Shown here piece after piece: positions 17,869 through 28,821 of a DNA stretch of 64,000 nucleotides; positions within the stretch are counted from its first letter, which is position 1, and every line of letters begins with the position of its first letter. The DNA is taken from assembly GCA_963708075.1 (NCBI GenBank), contig OY970194.1, positions 5,408,001 through 5,472,000 on the forward strand. Reading direction: 5' to 3'. The notes under the pieces are model-generated. The model was not told the DNA's origin and ran no database searches. It saw only the letters and a list, made by a program, of their open reading frames with translations. The DNA comes from Sedimentisphaerales bacterium. GTDB taxonomy: Bacteria; Planctomycetota; Phycisphaerae; Sedimentisphaerales; Anaerobacaceae. Position numbers and translations under genes: made by a program.

Positions 17869-20028
17869 ACTTGACTGTGTGGGTAGACTCCACCCCGGTG
17901 GCCAACCTTCGGACTCTAGCGGTTGCCGTGTGTTTGCCTGGGGCGGGATCAGCCATGTGGTAGAAGTGGTAGTAGTCCTGGTGCGCGCCCGCTTTGTTCT
18001 TAGGAGCCGCCAAGGTCGGGGTGACTTTCTGGCCATCGATGGCGAGATCGGTCAGCTCCGCTCGCGGAGTTTTCGGCAAGCCTTGGGCTGTGCAGTCCCA
18101 GCGGCATCGCACGCGGATGGTCACGCCCCGCTCGGGCCGGGCAGCTTCCCATTTGTCATCGGGCCTTGCCACTACGATGGACACGATTGGCGGTTGGATC
18201 GATGGATCATCCCACCACCGCCATTGCGGCTCGCGTCGGCGGATGAATTCGAGCACCTTGGGCGGGCCGCCGTGCATCCATGTCTGGCTGCTGCTTACGC
18301 GATCATGCCGGACGGCGACGACCCAATTGTTCTTCAGAGCCGTCAGCCACCCTTTCCATGTCGCCTCCGTCGCAAGGAACAGGGTCCGGAAGCCCTCCAG
18401 TTGATCGAACCACCACCAGGGCTCCTCTCCGTGTGCATCTTGGAGCGCGACAAACGGGATCTGCTGCCAGTAATGCTTCAGGAACGGCTCGCTGTTGGTG
18501 AAATCGGGGTTGCCAAAGTGAAACGTGCTGATGGCGGCGTACCCGCCCCGCTGAAGCGAGTCGTCGAGGTATAACCGCGTAAGCTCCTCGTTCTCGCCGA
18601 ATTGCCAGATCAGCCGGCCATCGGCCTTCTGTAAGGGAGTCAACCTCCTCTGGCGGAACTCCTCCCACGAGACCACGTCTTTGCCGGCCAGCGATGCGCC
18701 GAAATCCGCGCCGGCCGGCGCGATGATGTCACTCGTGTGGCTGTACGTCCCCAGTCCCGGCACATCGACGAAGGTGCCGTATTCTTCGTTGGCGACAAAG
18801 AACGTCACGGGGACTTTGCGTTCCTCGGCGATGGCCTTGCGCGGGCGATCCAGCCGGCCGGCGCATTCTTGGCGCCCCACAGGTCGATGTGCAGTGAGCG
18901 GGCCAACTCGACCGCCTCGACGCAACTGCCCCTGCCGTGGGCCTCGATCTGGATGGTAAAGACCTTGAGATTCTCCGGCAGTTGTTCCCGCTCCTTCACG
19001 CTGACCGGAGTCGCGGGAGGGGACGCGAATGAATCGAGAGCGTCGAGAGCGTACATGGCGTCGAGCGCACGGTAGGTTGCTTCTGGATTGCCTGGCCAGC
19101 CGGGCCGATCAGCGAATCCACCGTCAGGATTGCGAAGCGAACGCAGATAGTCGATACAGGCTGGCCGGCGAGCCAGGGAGGCGCCCAGATGCTTGAGGGC
19201 ACGCACCGCCGCCCAAGTGTAAGTGACATCCTCGACCCCGGCAAAGGAAGGCTCGGGCTGCCAGGTGAATCCGCCGCCGGGCCGCTGGCATCTCTGCACC
19301 CATTCGATGGTCTCCTGTTGCTTCCCGTACGGCCGGCCAAGTGCTGCTAACGCTTGGACCGCCCACCAGGTGTTCATCACGTGCCCACCGCCACCATCGG
19401 CGGCCGGAGTGTTATTGAAGCTGCCGTTCGGCCGCTGACGTGCTTCAAAGTACTCCGCAAATGCCGGCGCGACTTCATCCGTCGAAATACCTGACAGACG
19501 TCGGCACAGCACCGACATCGCCTCAAACTGCAAGACCGGGTAACGGTGTCGTTCGTAGACAGCAGGGTAGATCGACGGCTTTGTCCAGCCCCGGACCTGC
19601 TCGTGAAATGAGCTGACATCCTGACCGAGCCACAGCAGGCTCTGAATCTGCTGAAACTCGAACACCCGCAAGTCCCGCTCGAGTCTCTTGATGGCGAACG
19701 GATGATGCGTCCGCAGGAACTCGACCAAGGCAGTCTTGTCGGGCGGTTCTCGGCCGAGCAGGTGATAGCATCCGACAGCAGCGAAGCTCGGCGTCAAGTG
19801 CGACCACGGCTGATCCGCCCACGCATACCCGCCATCCGTCCGCCGCAGGCTCTCCAAATAGTCACACACTTCCTGCATCCATGCACGGGGCCTGCTATCG
19901 GCGCGAGTAATGTCACCCACTCCCGTGGCAGCCAGTGACACTGCCCCCAGAGCGGTCTTGAGGAAATCCCGGCGCGGCATTTCGGCCTTAACGTGGCCCT
20001 CAGCGAGCGGCAGCTTGGATATTGTCAT
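17858..20028 (-). CDS. Tat-exported prenyltransferase/squalene-oxidase-repeat protein with PHP-like C-terminal domain (frameshift at about 18838)
   Basis: 'RRDFLK'; repeated 'Q.P.GGF/DGG' motifs; ORFs 18805..20028 and 17858..18925 join as 'GWIARA.AIAEERKVPV'. Confidence 0.65.
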
Positions 20029-20308
20029 TCTGCTTTCCTTCAGATGCGGTATGGAACCTCTTCAAGAATAGACTGCTCTTTCAGTATTTGGGAGTCAGTA
20101 TTCCGTCGTCTGCATGCCTTGTCAAGGCATCGGGCGACGGAGTCGGGCAAGGAATTCCCTTGAACGGACGCTTTCCCTGCACCGCATACGTGGACTGCCG
20201 TATGCGCATTCAGAGGGGTCGTTGTTCGAGGCTCGGCAGCACCGGTTGCTTCGGCCTCGATGACTTGGCATTGAGGATATCTTGGAATTGACTCTGAGGG
20301 AGCAAGCC

Positions 20309-20806
20309 ATGAAGAAGAGCAATGTGAAACCCATCCCGGAAAGCTACCACACGCTGACGTCGCACCTGACTGTGCGCGATGCCGCCCGGGTGATCGAGTT
20401 CTACAAGGAGGCGTTCGGCGCCGAAGAGCGATCTCGCATGCTCATGCCGGACGGCAAGTTGATTGCCCATGCGGAGATGACGATCGGGGATTCGATCTTC
20501 ATGCTGTCCGATGAGATCCCGGGGTGGGAGTCTGTCTCGCCGCAATCTCTCGGCGGCACGTCCGTCGGCTTCTACGTGTACGTCGAGGACGTCGATAGCG
20601 CCTTCGAGCAAGCCGTCGCCGCCGGGGCTACGGTCAAGATGCCGGTGCAGGACATGTTCTGGGGCGACCGGACGGGTGCGGTGGTCGATCCCTCCGGCCA
20701 CCACTGGACCCTGGCAACGCACGTCGAGGACCTCAGTCCTGAGGAAATGGCAGAGCGCGGGCGGGAAGCGTTCGAGAAGATGATGCAAGGAGCGGGCCAG
20801 CCCTGA
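20309..20806 (+). CDS. VOC family (PhnB-like glyoxalase) protein
   Basis: 'VKPIPESYHTLT', 'IEFYKEAFGAEE', 'HAEMTIGDS', 'DMFWGDR.G.VVDPSGHHW'. Confidence 0.92.
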   Translation: MKKSNVKPIPESYHTLTSHLTVRDAARVIEFYKEAFGAEERSRMLMPDGKLIAHAEMTIGDSIFMLSDEIPGWESVSPQSLGGTSVGFYVYVEDVDSAFEQAVAAGATVKMPVQDMFWGDRTGAVVDPSGHHWTLATHVEDLSPEEMAERGREAFEKMMQGAGQP

Positions 20807-20859
20807 GCCGGCATAGACGTGCTCGATTCGACGGGCATGGCATGCTTACCCAAGCGTAC

Positions 20860-21000
20860 GCATGGCATCCACGCCGTCGGCCTGACCATGTGCGTCACGA
20901 TCCTGATCGTGACGGTATTGGAGAAGTTCCGTGAGGGCGGGTGGCTGACGCTCGCCATCACCGGCGTCGTCGTTGCCCTGTGCTTTCCCCTTGCCTGTTG
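20860..21000 (+). pseudogene. Two-TM remnant of an APC-superfamily permease
   Basis: 'IHAVGLTMCVTILIVTVLEKFREGGWLTLAITGVVVALC' resembles the KF.EGGW segment of KimA/YdaO-like permeases; no proper start or rest of the gene. Confidence 0.5.
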
Positions 21001-21091
21001 CGGGCGGTTCGGGCACAATACCACCAAGCCGGGCGGGACTGGTTTTTCCCGTCGCTTTCGGAACGTGGCGACTCAGCAAGGGAATCGATCT

Positions 21092-22624
21092 ATGCTTCAG
21101 CATTTCTTCAAGCGAAAGCCGCTCAGCATGGTGCACGAGGAGATGAAGGGTGAGAACCGCCTGCGCAGAGTGCTCGGCCCGTGGTCTCTGACCAGTCTCG
21201 GCGTCGGGTGCATCATCGGCGCGGGCATCTTCGTGATCACCGGATTCGCGGCGCACTACAAGGCCGGACCATCCTTAGTGCTCTCCTTTGTCACGGCCGG
21301 GATGGCCTGCATCTTCTCCGCCCTGTGCTACGCAGAGTTCGCCTCGATGGCGCCTATCGCCGGCTCGGCGTACACCTACGCTTACGTCACGCTGGGCGAG
21401 ATGCTCGCCTGGATCATTGGCTGGGACCTCATCCTCGAATACACCGTCGCCTCCGCCACCGTCGCGCACGGCTGGTCGAAATACTTCCAGAACTTCATCG
21501 GGATCTTTCACCTCCAGATTCCGCACGTGATCTCCAACGCGCCCTTTGAGTTCGACCCGATCAAAGGGGCCTTCATGGGCACCGGCACCTGGTTCGACCT
21601 GCCGGCGCTGGCTATCGTCACGATCCTGACGATTGTCCTCGTGGTCGGCATTCGGGAGAGCGCTCGCTTCAACAACGTGATGGTAGCCATCAAAGTGGCC
21701 ATCGTGTTGCTGGTTATCGGAGTCGGTGTGTTCTACATCGACCCCGCCAACTGGAAACCGTTCGCGCCATTCGGCTGGGCGGGCTTGAGTCTCTTCGGCA
21801 AACCGATCTGGGGACAGACCGGCGCAGACGGCACGCCGATCGGCATGGTTGCAGGAGCCGCAATCATCTTCTTCGCATATATCGGATTCGACTCCGTCTC
21901 GACCCATGCTGAGGAGGCCCGCCGGCCGCAACGCGATGTCCCCTTCGGCATCATCGCCTCGCTGCTCATCTGCACGGTCCTGTACATTGCGGTGACTCTC
22001 GTGCTCACCGGCATGGTGCCCTCTGATCAGATCGATGTGGATGCCCCCATTGCTGCAGCGTTCGAGCGAGTGGGGTTGAGCTGGGCGAGATTCATCATCT
22101 CCCTGGGCGCAGTGGCCGGCATCACATCGGTCATGCTGGTGCTGATGCTCAGCCAGCCTCGTGTGCTGCTGGCGATGGCTCGGGACGGCCTGCTGCCGGA
22201 AAGCTTCTTTGGTGATATTCACCCGCGTTTTCGCACGCCCTGGAAGTCAACCATCGTCACGGGCATCATGGTCGGGACGATGGCCTCGTTCATCCCGCTG
22301 GGCATCCTGGCGGAGCTGGTGAATATCGGCACGTTGCTGGCCTTCATCATCGTCTGCATCGCAGTGCTCGTGATGCGTTACATCCACCCGCATACAGAGC
22401 GGCCGTTCCGTTGCCCGTGGGTGCCGGTCGTTCCAATCCTGGGCGTGTTGCTCTGTCTGGGCCTGATGCTGTCACTGCCCTTTGGGAACTGGTTGCGGCT
22501 TCTGGTCTGGATGGCCGCCGGCATGTTCATCTACGTCTTCTATGGCCGCCACCGAAGCGTCATGGCTCGTCAGAGGCTCAACGAGCAGGCCGCCAACGCC
22601 GGCTGCGAGCCCCTGGCGCCATAG
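21092..22624 (+). CDS. Amino acid permease (APC family)
   Basis: 'LGVGCIIGAGIFV', 'ALCYAEFASM.P.AGSAYTY', 'FFAYIGFDSVST.AEE', 'MARDGLLP'. Confidence 0.93.
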   Translation: MLQHFFKRKPLSMVHEEMKGENRLRRVLGPWSLTSLGVGCIIGAGIFVITGFAAHYKAGPSLVLSFVTAGMACIFSALCYAEFASMAPIAGSAYTYAYVTLGEMLAWIIGWDLILEYTVASATVAHGWSKYFQNFIGIFHLQIPHVISNAPFEFDPIKGAFMGTGTWFDLPALAIVTILTIVLVVGIRESARFNNVMVAIKVAIVLLVIGVGVFYIDPANWKPFAPFGWAGLSLFGKPIWGQTGADGTPIGMVAGAAIIFFAYIGFDSVSTHAEEARRPQRDVPFGIIASLLICTVLYIAVTLVLTGMVPSDQIDVDAPIAAAFERVGLSWARFIISLGAVAGITSVMLVLMLSQPRVLLAMARDGLLPESFFGDIHPRFRTPWKSTIVTGIMVGTMASFIPLGILAELVNIGTLLAFIIVCIAVLVMRYIHPHTERPFRCPWVPVVPILGVLLCLGLMLSLPFGNWLRLLVWMAAGMFIYVFYGRHRSVMARQRLNEQAANAGCEPLAP

Positions 22625-22646
22625 GGGCAACCCCCTGTGGTTGCCC
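22622..22646 (+). repeat. GTAG-like REP hairpin overlapping the permease stop codon
   Basis: TAGGGGCAACC-CCCTGT-GGTTGCCC. Confidence 0.55.
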
Positions 22647-22784
22647 TCATGGGCAGGTCAAACAGGAAGTATTCGACGACCCGGCGAAGATGCGTGACAT
22701 CATCAACCGGGTCAAGAACGATCCATACGAGGCAGTACGGGGCGCCTCGGCCCAGATTTGGAGCGAGGGTAATTGAGGACGACT

Positions 22785-24042
22785 ATGACTAGGCACACAT
22801 TCATCGCTCTCTCCGCTTTCCTGATGGCAGTGCCGCAGATCGGTGCAGCGGATTTCGCGCCTGCGCGATGGAGACACGGTGGTCTTCCTGGGCGACAGCA
22901 TCACGGCGGCGCGCGGCTACGGCAAGGTGATCGAGAACTACACGCTTCTTCGCTATCCGCAGCGCAAGGTCCGGTTCATCAACGCGGGCCATGGCGGCGA
23001 CACGGCCGAAGGGGGCTTGAAAAGACTGGAGCGCGACGTCTTCGGCCGGGGAGCAACCGTGCTGACGGTGGCCTACGGCATCAACGACATCGGCTGGGGC
23101 ATGAAGGCGGACGCCGAGCACAAGCAGAGATACCTCGACGCCGTCCGCGGCATTGTCGAGCAGTGCCGCCAGCGCGGTGTGCGGGTGTTCATCTGCTCGC
23201 CGGCGATCACGGCCGAGGACCCCAATCGCTCCGAGGAAGGCTTCCTCCAGAAGATGGCCGACGAGGGCATGGCCCTGGCGAAATCGCTTGGCGAAGGAGC
23301 CATCGACATCCAGCGTGGCATGAGGGACATTCAACGCCGCATCTGGGCGGCAAACGCCCGCGAAACCGACCCGAAGAAAAAGACCTCACTGCACGTGGAG
23401 GACGGCATCCATCTCAATGATCTCGGCCAATTGGCAATGGCGTACGCGATGCTCAAAGGGCTGGGAGCACCGGCGGAAGTCTCCTCTGTTACCCTGGATG
23501 CGCGCGAGCCGGACCAGGTGCGAGCTGAAGGCTGCCGTGTCACCGACGTGCAGTGGCGTGACGGCGGCCTTGCGTTCGTTCGCCTGGACGAAGGGCTGCC
23601 ACTCAATCTCGGCATTCTCGGCGTCCTGCAATTCCGCTTCATCCCGATTCCGGACCAGTTGAACCGCTACATGCTCACTGTCCGGAACCTCCCTGCCGGC
23701 CGCTACGAGATCCGCGTCGAGGGCAGGTTGGTCGGAACAGTCACTGAACGGCAACTCCGCGACGGCATGAACATCTCCTCAATGACCGCCGACGCCTGGG
23801 AGCCCGGCGGACCCTGGGACGCGCAGGCCGGTGCCGTCAAGGAGCTGACGGAGGCGCGGGACCGGGTCACGATGGGCAACCTCCTGCGAAATCAGTTTCT
23901 CCCCGAGCACCCGCAGCGCGACGCCCTGAGCTCGCAATTCACGGAAACGGATGAGCGATTGATCGCCCTGCAAAGAAACGTAGCCCGGCCATTTCCCTAC
24001 CGCTTCGAAATTCACGCGCAGCCTTCTGAGCCGCAGCGTTGA
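22785..24042 (+). CDS. Secreted SGNH/GDSL hydrolase (frameshift at about 22860)
   Basis: Signal peptide MTRHTFIALSAFL... in one frame joins 'LRDGDTVVFLGDSIT', 'NAGHGG', 'GIND', 'DGIH' in another. Confidence 0.82.
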
Positions 24043-24096
24043 CATCGATGGATCTGCCGGGGCAATACCGGCTACGATTGGGTATCTCGAATCTCC

Positions 24097-24177
24097 GGGT
24101 GGCAGCGGCAAGGTCGAAGGCTTTGCCGATGGCGAATGGGCAAACCATTGGCAAGCTGGCGATTGCCGCTGCCACCC
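24097..24177. repeat. GGGTGGCA-type REP-like inverted doublet
   Basis: Same termini as 13595-13688; lies between convergent genes. Confidence 0.85.
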
Positions 24178-24274
24178 AAGGCCTGATAATCTGCTGTGAG
24201 CAACTTATGCGTGATCGGTATGAACCCCGTCCTGCGGATTGGGAATCGACTGGTGAATGTCGGTCGCGTTCCGC

Positions 24275-26560
24275 CTACGCGGACGGCAGGGTGATCGTCA
24301 CGGTGGTGCCGTGGTCGGGGTGGCTCTCGATGGCCATGGCGCCCTGGTTGAGCTGGATCAGACGGGCGGTATAGGCGAGGCCCATGCCTCGCTTGCGGCC
24401 GGCGGGCCTGGCGGAGAAGAACGGATAGGTCGCCTTGCGGACTGTCTCGGCATCCATGCCGTAGCCGAGATCGCTGATTTGCAGGCGGACGGCGCCTTCG
24501 GCGGGCTTGGCGGTGATCTTCACGGGACCCAGCGCATCCGCGTAGGATTCGACGGAGTTGGCGATCACGTTCGCGAGCGCGGAGACGACCTGGGCGGAAT
24601 CCACGAGGACCTCGCCGACGCCCTCGGCCACCCGGACCTGGACGTTGATCGGCTCGCCCCCGGCCTTGTGGGTGGCGAATTCCACTGCTTCATCGAGCAC
24701 CTGGCGGATGTTGACCTTTGCACGTCTCGGCGGGTCAGGCTGAGCGAAGCTCATCAGGTCATCGACAATGCTCGAAGCCTCGCGGGCGTTCTCCCTGATC
24801 AGGTCGAGGACGTGCCGCTTCTGCCCGTCGCTTTCGGCCTGGGCGAGCAACTGGGCCCGTCCGGCGATGACCGACAGCGGATTATTCAGCTCGTGCGCCA
24901 CGCCGGCAGCCAACTCGGCCAGTGCCTCCACGGCCGAGGCGGGCAGGAGCGGTTGCGGATTCGAAGCGGCGCCGGCCTCAGATTGCGATTCTCCGGTCTG
25001 TGGGCGCGGGCTTTCGGACTTGTTGTTTGTTTTGATCTGGGCGAAACGTTCGAGGAGGCGCTCGTCGTGCTGCTTCGTCAAGGCAAGGCCCAGAACTGCA
25101 CCGGCCATCGACGCGGCCGTCTCGAATTTCTCCGCGAAGAACTCCACGTCGCCCGGGTGGTTCAACTCGAACGCGACGACGGCGACAGCCTGACCATCGC
25201 AGCGCAACGGCGCCAGCTTGGTCCGGCCGGCATCGAAATCGACCTCCAACTGCTCCAGCAGCCAGTCGATATGGTCTCGCGCATCGGTCACGGCGAAGCG
25301 GCCTGCAATGGGCGGAGGGATCAACGAGCCGTGGTCCGGGGCCTCCAGGACGATCTTGGACGCGTGCCCCAGGGCCTCCACCACGACGGCCTCGACCACG
25401 CCTTCCTGGGCCTGGCCGGGCCAGAAGATACAGACGCTGCCCGTCTGGAAGAACCGCTGCCATCGCTTGGCGAAATCTTCGGCGATATAGATGGCGCCGC
25501 CGCTGACGCCTGTGCTGCGGAAGAAGTCATCCGCGAAGTGGAGGCAGCCGGAGGTCATCTCCAGATTGCGGCTCTCAATCGCCAGTTGCGTGTGCATTTT
25601 AGACAGTTGTGCCGCAGAGGCTTGGATCAGCTCGCAGTACCTCGCCATCGGCTGGGGCATATCGAAACCGAGGGCCTTCACTTTCTGCTCGACCTGCTCG
25701 GGCAGCTCGTCCCGGATCTCCTGCAGCGTTTCGGCGGCGATGCCGAGCGTCAGGGCGATACTGTCGAGCGATTCGGGTGTAGCGTATGTGCCGGAGTGGC
25801 CGATCCCTGCCTGGCGGGCGATGTGATCGGCCGCCCAGACCGGCAAGGCCGCCCTGGCTTTTGGGGTGCTTTCCAGGATGACTGCGGGGTCGCTGTGATG
25901 GAGCCAGATCGCCAGGACGATAGGTTCGGGCAGCCGCCATCGCTGGGCCAATTGCTTGCCCAGCAGGGCGTGATTTGTGCCCAGGTGCCTCTGTTCGACC
26001 TCATGCAGGCTTGAGCGTGCGGCTTCCGCCTCCTTGGCGATCGCCGCCAGGCTCCGCGGCATGATATCCTGCAGGGTGAGCTTGCCGATATCGTGGAGAA
26101 GACCTGCTGAGTAGGCGAGGTCGGGCTCGACCTGCAACGGCATTGCTTCGGCGATTCGGCGGGCACAGCAGGCGACGGCGAGACTGTGGAGTGTCAGGTC
26201 CCTGCGGGCGGGCACAGCGGGGTGCTCACTGGCGAACTCGATCTCGAAACCGGCGGTAACCTTCGTTTTGAGGAGGATGTCGCGGACCTCGCTTGCATCC
26301 AGGCGGTCCAGGATCAGGCGGACAGCGTGCCGCTGGGACGCGGGGCCGCTGCCGAGACGCTGCGCCAGGGAGATCAACTCGGCGGCGAGGACAGGCTCGC
26401 ATTCTGCAATCTCTGTGATGGAGGCCGGGGAGAATTGGCCTTGGAGCATCTTCGAGAGGTACTGCACGGCAACGCACGGCGGCACCGACAGGGCATCAAG
26501 CTCCCCAATGGCCAGTTCCACTTTTCGGGAGGCTGTTGCGTCCAAGTTCTTCTGTGCCAT
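24275..26560 (-). CDS. HDOD-domain sensor histidine kinase (soluble)
   Basis: 'HSLAVA...GLLHDIGK...HH' HDOD; H-box 'AHELNNPL', N-box, 'DLGYGM', 'PFFS', 'GMGL'. Confidence 0.9.
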   Translation of the reverse strand: MAQKNLDATASRKVELAIGELDALSVPPCVAVQYLSKMLQGQFSPASITEIAECEPVLAAELISLAQRLGSGPASQRHAVRLILDRLDASEVRDILLKTKVTAGFEIEFASEHPAVPARRDLTLHSLAVACCARRIAEAMPLQVEPDLAYSAGLLHDIGKLTLQDIMPRSLAAIAKEAEAARSSLHEVEQRHLGTNHALLGKQLAQRWRLPEPIVLAIWLHHSDPAVILESTPKARAALPVWAADHIARQAGIGHSGTYATPESLDSIALTLGIAAETLQEIRDELPEQVEQKVKALGFDMPQPMARYCELIQASAAQLSKMHTQLAIESRNLEMTSGCLHFADDFFRSTGVSGGAIYIAEDFAKRWQRFFQTGSVCIFWPGQAQEGVVEAVVVEALGHASKIVLEAPDHGSLIPPPIAGRFAVTDARDHIDWLLEQLEVDFDAGRTKLAPLRCDGQAVAVVAFELNHPGDVEFFAEKFETAASMAGAVLGLALTKQHDERLLERFAQIKTNNKSESPRPQTGESQSEAGAASNPQPLLPASAVEALAELAAGVAHELNNPLSVIAGRAQLLAQAESDGQKRHVLDLIRENAREASSIVDDLMSFAQPDPPRRAKVNIRQVLDEAVEFATHKAGGEPINVQVRVAEGVGEVLVDSAQVVSALANVIANSVESYADALGPVKITAKPAEGAVRLQISDLGYGMDAETVRKATYPFFSARPAGRKRGMGLAYTARLIQLNQGAMAIESHPDHGTTVTITLPSA

Positions 26561-26661
26561 GCTATCCCTGTTGCGCAATGGAACCGCTACGCTGCTTGCG
26601 AACCGGCTTATTCCATCCGACCTTCCGGCCCCATACCAAGCCCGCCGGTATCAAGCTTGCG

Positions 26662-27228
26662 TCATGCCATCTGCAGTGCGGCGTTGACTTTGTCCAGGAG
26701 ATCAGAGATGTTGAACGGCTTCTTCAGGAATTCCTGAGCCCCAGCCCTGAGGAGCTGATCGATCTCGTCCTGCTTGATCACGCCGCTGATGATGATGATG
26801 CGGGTGTTCTCGAACTCCGGATTCTTGCGAATGGTCTGGCAGACGACGTTGCCGTTGACGTCGGGCAGCATGTAGTCGAGCAGGATGAGGTCCGGCCGGA
26901 ACTGCTGCGTGATCATCCCGGCTTCGTATCCGCTGGAAGCCGTGCGAATCTCGAAGCCCCCCTCGCGCGACAGGATGTCGCTGATCAACTCCACGATCTC
27001 GGCGTCGTCATCGACGATGAGCACCTTGCGCTTGCCCGAGTCGAGGTTGTCCAGAGGGATGTCGTTATCCCGCATGAACCGGATCAGACTGGCACGCGGA
27101 ATGCGGCGGAACTTGGAGCCTGGGACGCGGAATCCTTTGAGCCGGCCCGAATCGAAGCAGCGGATAATCGTTTGCTGACTGACCCTGCAGATATCGGCCG
27201 CCTCGCCCGTAGTAAATAAGTCCTTCAT
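26662..27228 (-). CDS. Response regulator with N-terminal excisionase-like HTH
   Basis: 'FTTGEAADICRVSQQTIIRCFDSGRLKGFRVPGS'; receiver motifs 'VLIVDDD', 'LLDYMLPD', 'KKPF'. Confidence 0.92.
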   Translation of the reverse strand: MKDLFTTGEAADICRVSQQTIIRCFDSGRLKGFRVPGSKFRRIPRASLIRFMRDNDIPLDNLDSGKRKVLIVDDDAEIVELISDILSREGGFEIRTASSGYEAGMITQQFRPDLILLDYMLPDVNGNVVCQTIRKNPEFENTRIIIISGVIKQDEIDQLLRAGAQEFLKKPFNISDLLDKVNAALQMA

Positions 27229-27415
27229 CTTCCTTAACCCTTCCTTCTTCGCTAACTCCATTCAACGAAGGCCCATCCAGGTTGCCTTGCGTGCCCACAT
27301 TACCGAGCAACATTTCAGTTGTCAAGCTTAAAAATGGAGAAAACCCCATTTTTGACTATAGCACCCAATTTCTTATCGGCAGCAGAGCCAGGCACTGCTC
27401 CGCGTCGAATCCTGG

Positions 27416-27531
27416 CATGGACGGAATGGACTTATAGGACGAATAGGACCTATGAGCCTGCTGTGTGCAGAGCAACATAGGTCCTATTGGTCCCATTCGT
27501 CCCATAGGTCCACAATGTCCACTGCGTCCAT
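27416..27531. repeat. 9-bp periodic inverted array (ATAGGAC / GTCCTAT)
   Basis: Four GGAC units, a spacer, then six GTCC units, all at 9-bp period. Confidence 0.75.
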
Positions 27532-27635
27532 CGCAATTCCAGCCTTTGCCGCCGCTTTTTTGTAACTTGCCCGGCTTCGTTGCGTCTTACACGTGGATAA
27601 GTGTGGTTCTTCGCTTGCGAAAGGTGGTCCAACTC

Positions 27636-28711
27636 ATGACTGTAGCCGACAGAATCCACAAAGAGGGTGGTCCCGATGCAACTACCGACAACCGCCAGTC
27701 CGCGGGGCCGGGCCAGGCGAGCCTGGGCGACGATCAACTGATCGCCCGGCTGCACGAGGGCTACGGCAGGCTCAAACGCCAGGTGCATCAGGTGATCGTC
27801 GGGCAGGATGAGGTGATTGATTCTGTGCTCTGCTGCATGCTCGGCGGTGGCCATTGCATCGTCCAGGGCGTTCCCGGCCTGGCCAAGACCCTCCTGGTGC
27901 ACTCCATCGCCGATGCCATGAAGCTCAGGTTCAACCGGATTCAGTTCACGCCGGACCTGATGCCCTCCGACATCACCGGGGCCGATATCATCCAGAGAGA
28001 CGCGCAGTCCAATCAGAGGAAGTTCGAATTCATCAAGGGCCCGATCTTCGCCAACATCGTGCTGGCCGACGAGATCAACCGCACACCGCCCAAGACGCAG
28101 GCCGCCCTGTTGCAGGCAATGCAGGAACGCGAAGTGACCATCTCCGGCAAAACGCACAAGCTCGCAGAGCCGTTCTTCGTCCTGGCCACGCAGAACCCGA
28201 TTGAGCAGGAGGGCACGTATCCGCTGCCGGAGGCCGCCCTCGACCGATTCATGTTCATGGTCTACATCGACTATCCGACGGCCAAGGAAGAGCACCTGAT
28301 GGTCAAGCAGACCACCACGGGCAAGAAACACACCATTGAGAGCGTGCTCGACGGCAATGATATGGCCTTATTCCAGGAGATCGTCCGAACGGCGCCGGTC
28401 AGCGACGTAGTGATCGCCTACTGCATCCGGCTGGCCCGTGCGACCCGGCCGACGGACCCACTGGCCACGGCATGGTGAAGAAATATCTGAAATGGGGCGC
28501 CGGCCCCCGTTCCGGGCAGTTCATGACGCTCGGCGCCAAGGCGCTGGCGCTGACGAAGGGCCGCATCACGCCGAGCTTCGACGACGTGAAGGCAATCAGT
28601 AAGTTGGTTCTGCGGCACCGGATCATTCCGAACTTCAACGCCGAGGCCGACGGCATCAGCATTGAAGCGGTGCTCGATGATCTGGTAGAGAGGGTGTCAG
28701 TGCCGAAATGA
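27636..28711 (+). CDS. MoxR family AAA+ ATPase (frameshift at about 28470)
   Basis: 'GVPGLAKT', 'RIQFTPDLMPSDITG', 'LADEINR', 'ATQNPIEQEGTYPLPEA'; C-terminal 'WGAGPR...VLRHRI' in the next frame. Confidence 0.9.
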
Positions 28712-28724
28712 TCGCGCATTCGCG

Positions 28725-28801
28725 ATAAGACCTATAGGACGAATGGGACCCATAGGACCTGTACTGCGGCGCAGCGCGCCGATAGGTCCTATGCATCCTA
28801 T
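28725..28801. repeat. 9-bp periodic inverted array
   Basis: ataagacct ataggacga atgggaccc ataggacct ... ataggtcct atgcatcct. Confidence 0.7.
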
Positions 28802-28821
28802 CCAAGCGGCAGCTCAAAACA

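Noticed and set aside
24257..26014. 585-aa + strand ORF
   Set aside because: Antisense shadow of the HDOD histidine kinase
28460..28480. Programmed ribosomal frameshift in moxR
   Set aside because: No slippery heptamer or stimulatory structure; one of many similar single-base indels
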